A stretch of 64,000 bases of DNA, from the NCBI RefSeq assembly GCF_028641065.1, contig NC_073412.1, positions 7,502,001-7,566,000 of the forward strand. The letters run 5' to 3'. The stretch's first letter is position 1; each line of letters begins with the position of its first letter. Made by a program: the position numbers and the translations under genes. Under the pieces are notes generated by a model. It worked only from the letters and a program-made list of their open reading frames with translations, was not told the origin of the DNA and searched no databases. This document shows, piece by piece, positions 34,401-46,400 of the stretch. Source of the DNA: Leucoraja erinacea. Its lineage: Eukaryota.

Positions 34401-37400
34401 GTTCGAATCAGGGCAAACTCGGGCGAGCTCTTGGAATGAACTCGTACAGTGGGGCAGGGCTAATAGGAGCAGAATTAAACCATTCAACCCATTGAGTCTG
34501 TTCCACCATTCGATCATGGCTGATCTATCATTCTCATGCCTTCTCCCCGTAATCTTTGATACCCTTACTAATCAAGCCCTTACTAAACATCGTTGGTAGA
34601 CCTTCCAATTCCAGGAGCAACAGCATGCGAGAGGAAAGCAGCTTTCTTTCCATGGCAGACAAAAATGCTGGAGAAACTCAGCGGGTGAGGCAGCATCTAT
34701 GAAGTGAAGGAAATAGGCAACGTTTCGGGCTGAAACCCTTCTTCAGACCCGAAACGTTGCCTATTTCGTTCGCTCCATAGATGCTGCCTCACCCGCTGAG
34801 TTTCTCCAGCATTTTTGTCTACCTTCGATTTTCCAGCATCTGCAGTTCCTTCTAAAACTTTCTTTCCATGGCTGTGCTTAGCTTGAGCACTTGCATGCAC
34901 AGTGCACTCCCTGCATTGCCTCTGCCACCGTTACATGCTCCCTGCTTCCTTCTGCTGTGTTTTGTATCTACAGGCTAACCTCTCTGGCTGGTTGTTTAAG
35001 CCAGGCAGAGTAACAGGGTCAGAGTTACAGCTAGGAATCATAGAGTGGGTGATGCAGGTTCGTACAGGATCTGCGTGCCAAGTAGGAACAAGGGCCAAGA
35101 GGCTGGCACAAGCAGATGACAGCATTGACAATATAGCTTGAAGCTGTAAGCAACATGCAGAAACTCTGCTGGTCTTCGTTGGCCCTTGTACCTTTCGTGG
35201 CCACTAACTTGCAGGACCTTGTCGTCCACTTGGGGATGGTTCCACAAGGGGTATTCCTGTAATTTTGGGCATTTCCTCAGAGTTAATGTGCTGCTTTCTT
35301 CTGCAAAAATTAGAGGATGGCTGTCGAGAAGAGACGCAGAGATATGAAAGATATGCATCGACGAGTGGATGGGACGGGAAATGGAGCAAGGAGGAAGAAG
35401 GAAGTATGTTGAGCCGTGTGCAAATGTGAAAGAATTCCGAAGCCATAAAATGAAACCAACTCAATAGCCGGGTGTACACAAAGACCGACTAATGTGGCTT
35501 CTGACTTTTGGAATCCAAAGACAAGGAACTCTTGAGAGACAAAGATGCAGCAGTCGGAAGCATTCAACCTTTCTTTTATTAGTAGGGGTGAAATAATTCA
35601 CAGGTACACAAAAATGATGGAGAAACTCAGCGGGTGCAGCAGCATCTATGGAGCGAAGGAAATAGGCAACGTTTCGGGCCGAAACCCAAAGGAAATAGAC
35701 AACGTTTTGGGTCGAAACCCGAAGGGTTTCGTCCCGAAACGTTGCCTATTTCCTTCGCTCCATAGATGCTGCTGCACCCGCTGAGTTTCTCCAGCATTGT
35801 TGTGTACCTTCAATTTTCCAGCATCTGCAGCTCCTTCTTAAATAATTCACAGTATTATTTGAAGTAAAATCTAATAGTCCAGAAAATCTGTTAATTCACA
35901 TCCACCAAATTCCCAAGACTGTTGGATTGTCAGAGTTTTACAATAGCACGGAATGCGTATCCTTTATCACAAGAGTCAGAACAGGAAACATTAAAAATGT
36001 CAGGCTAATTAATTAACAGCAGATATATAATACCACCACTTAACAGTAAATCAAACGAGTTCCGGACATTAATGATCGTCGCATTCTGGGAATACCTTCA
36101 ACCATTCACAAGTTTGTGGACTTGACTATTTGCACTAACCTCAGCAAGAATAGATGAAATGTTTGCCAGAAGCTCCGGCATTTGTGTGTTTCATGCTTCT
36201 CTCCATACCCCCTGATCCCTTTAGCCACAAGGTCCACATCTAACTCCCTCTTAAATATAGCTAACGAACTGGCCTCAACTACCTTCTGTGGCAGAGAAAT
36301 TCCACAGATTCACCACTCTCTGTGTTTGAAAAATGTTTTTCTCATCTCAGTCCTAAAAGACTTCCCCCTTATCCTTAAACTGTGACCCCATGTTGTCTCC
36401 TGATGCTGTCTCCACCGATCTACATTATCTGTTAATGAATGCTTAATGTCTTATCTTCACCGTTTTACCCTGTGCTTGCAAGGCCCACTGCTGAATGAAT
36501 TTAAAATGGCAGATTAATATGGACCTTTCAAGATGGCAGCAGGCAGAGGAAAGGAACGATGGCGGTGAGTAGGTTGGGGGCTCACCCAACTCACCCGCTG
36601 CAGGAGCAGCCCCGTGGCATGGAGGCTGATCACTAGCCTGGTTTAGTTTAGAGAAACAACATGGAAACAGGCCCTTTTGCACATTCAGTCCACGCCGACC
36701 AGCGATCCCCGCACACTAACACTATCCGACAATTTACAATTTTACCAAGCCATTTAGCCTACAAATCTGTACGTCTATTGAGTGTGGGAGGAAACCGGAG
36801 CACCCGGGGAAAACCCACGCAGGTCACAGGGAGAAGGCACAAACTCCATACAGACAGCACCCGTGGTCAGGACAAAACCCTCGTCTCTGGCCTTGTAAGA
36901 CAGCAACTCTACCTCTGCGCCACGGTGCCACACAAGGCGAGGAAACAACGTGTTCACGGGCCGATGGCGAAGCATCGTAGTGGTCGATGTGGTGGAGCTC
37001 CATTAGATTGGGCGCTGCTCCAAGTCGCAAAGTGCGCAGAATGAACAGAGCAGTGGAGCAGCGGCAGAGGACATCAACATATCATCTGGCCAGGCCGAGC
37101 AATGCAACTCCAGCCCAATGCCGCCAACAGGATATGGCGGCATTGGGCCTATGTGGCCAAGTTAAGACTCTAGCATTCTGTTTTAAATTTCAGATTGAAG
37201 GGTAAATAAATAGGGACTAAATCACGGGGAGTCCTGTGTACTGACTCAGTGTGGTCTACTGGGGTGGAAGATTGCAACCTTCACATGGCCCGCCCTGTTT
37301 CGACTAATGCAATCAACTTGACGTGCACAAACGGAAGATCAAATAGAACAAGTTGTCCTCCAACTTTAGGCTGTGCACGCCACACGCAAGAAGAAGAAGA

Positions 37401-40400
37401 AGTGGTCCACTGTCTTACACTCTGTACTTAGTATGATTGTGCCCAATGTATGGTAGGATTGGCGCTGAACTGTGTGCAAAAAACAATTTCACTCTACTTT
37501 GGTACATGTGACAATAAAGTACCATTGGACCATCGCAAAGATATATATCTCAAAATCTCTATGGAGCTGTTCCATTTGTAACCCTGTACTGTAAATGCAT
37601 TCTGGCATGATCAACAAATATATTCCTGCTTGAAGCCAAGCTCTGGGAATAAAAATGGCATTGACCCCTTCACTCATGCCTGATGGACAGTGGCCCAGCG
37701 TCTGGTCTTGGGGAACAACACCTTTCTCCCTGCCTCGACTTGATCCAGAGACACATCGGATATGCCAGAGGACATATTTTTCAGGTTTTGGTGGGCACCC
37801 CCTCAGTTGCTTTATTATGGCGGGTCCTGGGAGTTACTGATTTAGGGTCAGAGTCATACTGCAGAGAAACAGGCCATTTGGCCCACTGTGTCCATGCTGA
37901 TTAGGAACAGCACCTCATACTTTGCTTGGGCAGCGGTATGAATATTGACATCTCTAATTTTAAGTAATCATTGCATGCCCTCTCTCTCCGTCCCTCACCC
38001 ATCCTAGACGTCCTGCTGGTTTTACTGTATCCCCTCGTTATCACCTCCTCCACAATGGACCATTGTGGGCTCTTTGATCATTGGTGCTGGCTCTGATCTG
38101 TTCTGAACCTTTTCATATCTCTAGTTTCTCTATCCCCTGAATCTCAGTCTGAAGAAGGGTCCCGACCTGAAACATCACCTATTCCTTTTCTCCAGCGATA
38201 CTGCCTGACCCGCTGAGCTACTCCAGCGTTTTGTGTCTCTCTCTATTGTACTTATTTAAGACTGGTCTTATTTAAGAGGTCATGTAAGACTGAGGTGAGA
38301 AAAAACGGATTCACCCAGAGAATTTATGGAATTCCCTGCCACAGAGGGTAGTGGAGGCCAAGTCACTGGATGGATTTAAGAGAGTGTTAGATAGAGCTTT
38401 AGGGGCTAGTGGACGGCAGGCACGGGATATTGATAGGGGACGATCAGCCATGATCACAATGAATGGCAGTGCTGGCTCGAAGGTCCGAATGCCCTCCTCC
38501 TGCACCTATTTTCTATGTTTCCATGTTATCAATACCAGTCCCTGCACATAGTCCATGCCAAGGTGCCTATATGCATGCTTCACCATTTATTTATCTGTGC
38601 TGCCAATTTCAAGGATCTATGCACATTCCTTGACAATTCAATTTATTGTCTAGATGCTTCTTAAATGTTGAGTCTCTCTCTCCACCACTTCCTCCTGCAG
38701 CACGCTCCAGATTCCAGCTGCTCTTTGACAAGGTTTCCCCTCAGATTCCCTCTAACCTTCCTATCTATCACTTGATACCCATGTCCTCTTGTTTTATACA
38801 TCCCCAACAAAGGAAAAAGATTCTTATCGAAGATAGATACAAAGCGCTGGAGTAACTCAGCGGGTTAGGTGAAAAAGGAAGGGTAATGTTTCGGGTCGGG
38901 ACCCTTCTTCAGACGTAAGATTCTTCAGACGTTTGCTCCATCTTATAAATTTGTACACCTCCCTCAGGTCACCCTTCAGCCTCCATTCCAGGGAACACAA
39001 ACTCAGCCTCTCCAATATTTTCTTGTCACTGAAATGTTCCAATCCAAGCAACATACCACATTCTACCTACAAGGTGGCAGCCTAAACGGCACATGATACT
39101 CCAAGTGTGGCTAACCAATAATTCAATGTTTTATGAAATTGTAACATGATGTCCCTTCTCTCATATTATATGCCAAGATAACTCTATGGCTATCCTACCC
39201 ACCTATCTACCCTTTCAGGGATCTATGGACTTAAACCCCAGGTCTCTCTGTTCATCAACACTCACTAGGGTACCACCATTTACCATGTACAACCTGACCT
39301 TCCAAAATGCATCATTTCATAATTGTCAGGGATAAATTCCATCTGCCATTGTTCAACTTTCAAGATGACTAATATCTAGCCGGATCTCAAGACAATCCTC
39401 TTCCCCATCTCTGACATCACAAACTTTCGTATCATCCGCAAACTTGCTCATCATACTACCGTCTCCTACATTCATATCCAAGTCGCCAATGTATAATCGC
39501 ATACATCAAGGGAGAACATTTCTGAGAATCATCCACAATTTCTGCTTGGTCTCGGTCATTCCCCGTGGCAACTATGATCAGAAGGCACATTTTTTGATTT
39601 CCAGACTCCATTAGTTTCCATACATTTCACAGATGGTATATGGTACAAAGCAGTTCATCCAGAAAGAAATATCCAAGATTAATGCACAGAACTCATCCAC
39701 ATCGAGAGAATAAATCAATACTTAAAATACCATCAGATCAGTTCATCTGTTGGATGCATGTCTATGGGGCAATGAGGAATCAGCAGTAATTACTGGGAAT
39801 AGTACCTCTTTCTTTAGGGTGAAACAGTTGTTGTACTTCCTGTAGACTCGTTCCAGTGCAGACGGCTCGGCCCCTGACTCGCCATGCAGGTGGGCGTCCT
39901 TTGGTTCCTTCACCTTTCTTCCCTTTGCCAGCTCTTTCGGTTCGTTCTTCTGTCGAATCTCCTCCAGTTGGTGCCTGATCATAAAGAACCCGATAACTAG
40001 TCAATCAACATACTCTGCTGAAGAAGGGTCGCGACCCCAAACGTCAAGAGGGGAATTCCAGAACCAGGGGTCACAGTTTAAGAATAAGGGGTAGGCCATT
40101 TGGGACTGAGTGTGGAAGGATGATGGGGTACCTCATTGAAATTACCGAATAAAGAAAGGCCTGGATAGAGTGGATGTGGAGAGGATGATTCCACTAGTGT
40201 GGGAGTCTAGGGCTAGCGGGCATAGCCTCAGAGTAAAAGAACATTTGATCTAATTTGATTTAATTTATTGTCATTGTCTTCAATTAAGAGACAACAAAAT
40301 TATTTTCCCCTTAGTCATACAAATAATAAAAACACAGAACACAGTCGTCCACAACACAAACATCCCCACAGCAGCACCAAAGTTCCCCACTGTGAGGGAA

Positions 40401-43400
40401 GGAACCAAAGTCCAGTCAACCTCCTCACTGATGTTCCCCAATGTTCACCCATGGTCGTGGCCTCCCGAGCACCAGGTAGTCACCGCTACGGGCGGCCCGT
40501 TGTTCAGGCCCTCTCGCCGGGAACGAAGGAACCCCAACGTCGAACGGGAGAACATCTTCAGCGGCTTGGACCTCTGAACCAGCCGCCTTCCACCGGAGTC
40601 CGCGGCTCCCGATGTCCACAGGCCGCGCTGGGCGGAGATTCGTGCTGGTGATCCCCGGCAAAGGGTCCCAGGACTCAGCGACTGAGGCCAGCGCCGCCCG
40701 CATTGGGAGCTCCGCGCCCACAGCTTCGCGATGTTGGAGCAGCGGCCCAACACTCCGGAGCTCCAAACGGCGATCGCCCGCTCTGTGATGTTTCCAGCAT
40801 ACTCGCTAGAATTTAGGAGATTGAGAGGGGATCTTATAGAAACTTACAAAATTCTTAAGGGGTTGGACAGGCCTCAGCCCGCCAGGACAAGGGGTGCTTA
40901 AGGATAAGCCTTTAAAACTGGTCTGGTGGTGAATCTCTGGAACTCCTGCCACAGAGGGTAGTCAGGCCAGTTCAAATTTAAGGGGAGTTAGATGTGCGTG
41001 GCCAATCCAGTTAGAGAGAAGCCGCGAGGAGGGATATGGGCGAGGGCGGGACTCAAGATAATAGTTTCATCCTTGCCAGGAAGCGACTGAAGGACGGTAC
41101 CCCCTTACCATACCCTCTTCCCCCCACATAAAATACGGAAAAAAACTTAAAAAACACACTTTAAACAGAACAAAATAACAAAAGACAACCAGACTGTGGG
41201 AGGAGGCAGCCAGTAACATCACCACCGGATGTCCAACATGTACCTTTACAATGGAGATAAGGAGGAATTTCTTTAGTCAGAGGGTGGTGAATCTGTGGAT
41301 GTTATTGCCAAAGACGACTGTGGAGGCCAAGTCATTGGATATTTTTAAACCAGAGAATGACAGATACTTGAAGGTACACAAAAAAGCTGGAGAAACTCAG
41401 CGGGTGCAGCAGCATCTATGGAGCGAAGGAAATAGGCAACGTTTTGGGCCAAAACCCTTCTTCAGACTGATGGGGGGTGGGGGGGGGCGGGGAGAAGAAA
41501 GGAAATGACAGATACTTGATTGGTAAGGGTATCAAAGGTTATGGGGAGAAGGCAGGAAATGGGGTGGAGAGGGAAAGATAGATCAGCCATGATTGAATGG
41601 TAGCGTAGACTTGATGAGCCTAGAAGACTACTTCAGCTCCTATGAATTATGAACTTTTATGAAATGGTTTTCCTGCCTACAGTTCATACCTGGCACATTC
41701 TTCCCTCGCTCTGGAAGCGACCGTCTCCTGAAAAAGCGATCCGCTTTGTTTAAAGAAGTTGTCGTATTTCTCGGAGTCCAGCCGTGGGTAAATCAAGTGG
41801 AAGGCTCCAAGGTGTTCCTTCTCATACTTCTCCACCTGCTGGAGCCAAGCCGACTGGTAGTTCTCGTATTGTTCCCGTCTGTGGGGGTAACGGATGGCAA
41901 ATCAGGAGATGGGACAAAACACATCACTCACTGACTTCGTCAAGAATCAGAATCACAGAGTGATACAGTGTTGAAACAGGCCCTTCGGCCCATCTGGCCC
42001 ACACCGGCCAACATGTCCCAGCTGCACTCGTCCCACCTGCCTGCGCTTGGTCCATATACCTCCAAACCTGTCCTATCCAGGTACCTGTCTATCTGTTTCT
42101 TAAACTGTGAGTCTGAAGAAGGGTTTTGACCCAAACCGTCACCCATTCCTTCCCTCCAGAGATGCTGCCGGTCCCGATGAGTTACTCCAGCTTTTTGTGC
42201 CTATTAACTGTTTCTTAAACATCGGGATAGTCCCATTCATAAATCATGGGAGACCCCTTCCACCCCTACAACGGACTGTTCCAGCTGCTACGGTCAGGCA
42301 AACGCCTCCGTTGCCATGCGGTGAGAACGGAGAGGTTGAGAAGGAGTTTCTTCCCAGAGGCAATTCGGACTGTAAACGCCTATCTCACCAGGGACTAACT
42401 CTACTGAACGTTTTTCCTTCCATTATTTATTATGTAAAAGAATATGTGTGTTATGATTGTGTTTATAATTTATTTGGTTGTTTTGTTGTTTGTCTTTTGC
42501 ACAAAAGTCCGCGAGCATTGCCACTTTCATTTCACTGCACATCTCGTATGTGTATGTGACAAATAAACTTGACTTGACTTGACTTGACTTGAGCCTCAAC
42601 TACCTCATCTGGCATTTTGCTCCATATATCCACCACCCTTTGAGTGAGATATTCTGAGATATTTCTACAGTCGTGGAGTGTCACAGCTCAAAAATGGGCC
42701 TTTCTGCTCTCCGTATCCATGCTGACCTTCAAGGTCATCTATTTGCCCTCATTAAAACCTCCCCCCACCCCCTCACGTTGAAGACCTTCATAAATGCAAC
42801 AGTTTAAAACAACTTTAGAGATACAACACAAATACAGGGTCTTCAGCCCACCGAGTCTGCGCCGACAAGCGTTCAGCCCATACACTGGCACGATCTTACA
42901 CATTAGGGACAATTTCCAGAAGCCAATTACTAGAAGCCTGTACGCCTTTGGAGTGTGGGGGAAACCGGAACACTCTTAGAAAACCCACGTGGTCACGGGG
43001 CGAACGTACAAACTCCGTAAAGGCAGCACCCGATGGTCGGGATCGAACCCGGGTCTCTGACATTGAAAGGCAGCAACTCTACCACTGTGCCACCAACTGA
43101 TAACATTCGCCACATGGACAGGTCACAGGATAAGCAGTTGCACAATGTAAAGCATAATCGAATCCTTCCTCGACCGTGATGACTAGAATTACACACAATA
43201 CTCCAAGTGTGGCCTAAACACTGCTTTGTGAAGTTTCAACACAGCATCTTGAGGTTTGAACAAGAGTTTCAGCCCGAAACGTTGCCTATTTCCTTTGCTC
43301 CATAGATGCTGCCTCACCCGCTGAGTTTCTCCGGCACTTTTGTCATCCTGAGTTTTATGTTCTGCGCCCTGCCCTATGAGGGCAAGCATGCCAACCGCCT

Positions 43401-46400
43401 TCACCGCCCTATCCATTCGAGTTGCCACTTTCAGCAAACTACAGACTTGGAAACTTGGGTCTCTCAACCATTGACTTTAACGTGAGGCCTTGGGAGCTGG
43501 GAATGTGCAAGCGTAGGGGTGGAAAACCCGGGGGGGCCAGAGGGGACATGCCCCCCCCATGTTTTGAGAGGTGGGGGACATCCCCGCCAGGTTAACCTGC
43601 CTGGGCTTGCGGGAAATATGGCCAGCGCGGAGAAGCAGCGCTGGTATCCCGTCAGTCCAGACAGGACTGTTAGTTAACCCGGTGAGACAGGCAGAGTTGA
43701 GCTGCATTTAGCGCTGGATTGAGCCTCCGAAGCCTCGCGCGTGTGTGAGTGTGCGCATGTGCGCGCGGCCGCCAAAAAATAGTGACCCCCCGTCCCCTCC
43801 ATGTTTTGATAGTGAGTTCCGTTCTTGTGCAAGCGTGCAGACTTGTACATAGCGTGCCAACAATATCGGGACTACAATATCTCTACCTGAATTCACGGGT
43901 TGTGTGACGCTGCCACAGACGTTCCTGCACCCTGCGCCTCTCCTCCTCATTCACCTTCTGCTTGTCACTTGCCCCAAGGTTTATCAGACAAATTGTGTCA
44001 TACAGTAGATTGTCCTTCACCTCTCTGTCCAGCCTGGAGTCTGTGGTGAAACTGGGGGAATGGTTCACCTGGAAAGCAGAATGCAGGCATGGCATTGGTA
44101 CAAAATTAAAGGTAACTGCAATTGCCCTCAAAGCTTCCGTGCTACGATGCAAGTATTTCACGGCTCCCGATTCTAATCACTATCCTTTGGACAACACAAA
44201 AATTCCATCCATGGCTTTTTTTTCCTCTGACCTTCCACTGTTGCTTCTGACCATTTGGCCGAAAGCATGTAGGGCAGCCAGAGATATCATCTCCCTCTTA
44301 AAACTTGTTCTCATGTTAACGGGGATCAATCCCTTCCATTAGTCCCTAAACTATAGGGGCCTTTAGAGTATGCATAAGGAACTATGGATATTGGAATCTT
44401 GAGCAATGCTGGAGTACATCTGAAGGTCTCGACCCAAAATATTGACTATCCACATTCTCCAGGGCAGTCTGAAGAAGGGTCCCAGCCCAAAACATCACCT
44501 ATCCATGTTCTCCAAAGCAGTCTGAAGAAGGGTTTCGACCTGAAACGTTGCCTATCCACATTCTCCAGAGCAGTCTGAAGAAGTGCCCCAACCCAAAACA
44601 TGTTCTCCAGGCAGAGATGGAAACTGCTTTCAAAACATGGAGGGGACCGAGGGTCAGGGGGGGACACAATTTATTGGCGGCCGGACGCGCATGTGCACAC
44701 TCACACACACACGCGCGAGGCATCGGAAGCTTCAGCCGTGCGCCCTGAATTAGATTTAAAGCTTGTAACGTGAGGGGGACACATCCCCACCTGTGAAAAC
44801 ATGGAGGGGACACATCCCCCCCTGGCCTCCACGGGTTTTCCGCCAATGTCTCCAGGGATCCTCAGTACCAGCTAGACTCAGTGGGAAGCTGGTCTCCCAC
44901 CTTAGAGACAGAAGGCTGTGGGGGTCAGGTATTCCTTTGGAAACAGAAGCACTTGATCCAGACCGTCCCTGCAGTAGAGAGGGAGTGCCACACTGTTGAC
45001 AGTCAGGTGAAAATACAAAGGCACGTTTCAGCAATGTTACTTCGAGCCAGTGGGGGGGTCTCACCCGGATTCCCGAGCCAAACCAGGCGGCACGGTGGCG
45101 CAGCGGTAGAGTTGCTGCCTTACAGCGCCGAAGACCCGGGTTCGACCCCCGACTACGGGTGCTGTTTGTACGGAGTTTGCACGTTCTCCCCGAGACCGCC
45201 TGGGTTTTCTCCGAGATCTTCGGTTGCCTCCCACAATCCAAAGATGTACAGGTATGTAGGTAAATTGGCTTGGTACAAGTGTAAAGTGTCCCTAGTGTGT
45301 GTAGGGTAGCGTTAATAGATATAGATAGATATGCCATTTATTGTCACTATACATGTACAGTGAAAGTGAAAGCTGCTCGTACTCAGTGCATACATACAAT
45401 TTAGCACAAAAAACAAGAAACAGAAAAAACAAAAAACAGAAGGGAGAACGGGAATAGGTGCACAATTTCTGCGGCGCTACATACATATATACATATATAC
45501 AGATGGAAGTCCGTGGTGTTGGGCAGTGAAATCAGTGCATGTGTGAATTAGAATTAATAGTAGTTATAATTCTCGGAAAGCAACTATTCCTGAGTCTATT
45601 TGTAATGTGCAGGGATCACTGGTTGGTGCGGACTCGGTGGGCCTGTTTCCGGGCTGTAACCCTAAACTACGATAATGTCAAAACAGATACAATGGTCATT
45701 TACGTCATTACCACTGCCCTCTGTGGACCCTGGTGTCAGACTTTCCTTGTCATTTAACCCACCTCCAAGAGCCATGGTTTCAAATTACGATCCATCAGAA
45801 TATCGAATCCTAGTATCTCAAAGCAGGCACAGCCACAGAGATGGGTGGAGAAACAAGTCCTGTAATTGTGCTTCAAGATCGGATAGGCAGAGATTAGCGT
45901 TTTAACAATGACGTCCTCGATGTCCGACCAAACCTTTGGCACGTCGTGGCCGTGATCTGCCAACCATTTGTTTAGTGAAGACAGTTTCCTGCATAATACA
46001 GAACACAGCATGGGTGAACTAATACAAGGATGGATAAAGAGTGCATTCATTTAAACTAGGCTTGTATTGACTGGAGTTTAGAAGGATGTGGGGGGATCTT
46101 ATAGAAACATATAAAATTATAAAAAAAGGATACAAGCTAGATACAGGTAAAATGTTCTCAATGTTGGGTGAGTCCAGAACCGGGGCCACAGTCTTAGAAT
46201 AAAGGGGAGGCCATTTAAGACTGAGGTGAGAAAAAACTTTTTCACCCAGAGAGTTGTGAATTTATGGAATTCCTTGCCACAGAGGGCAGTGAAGGCCAAA
46301 TCACTGAATGGATTTAAGAGAGAGTTAGATAGAGCTCTAGGGGCTAGTGGAATCAAGGGATGTGGGGAGAAGGCAGGCACGGGTTATTGATTGGGGACGA

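Noticed and set aside
40790-41230. CR1 fragment riddled with small deletions
   Set aside because: The pattern resembles low-quality consensus sequence or ordinary decay; no biological signal can be supported.
44419-44611. CRISPR-like repeat-spacer appearance
   Set aside because: Vertebrate context, no unique spacers or cas genes; whole units are homologous.
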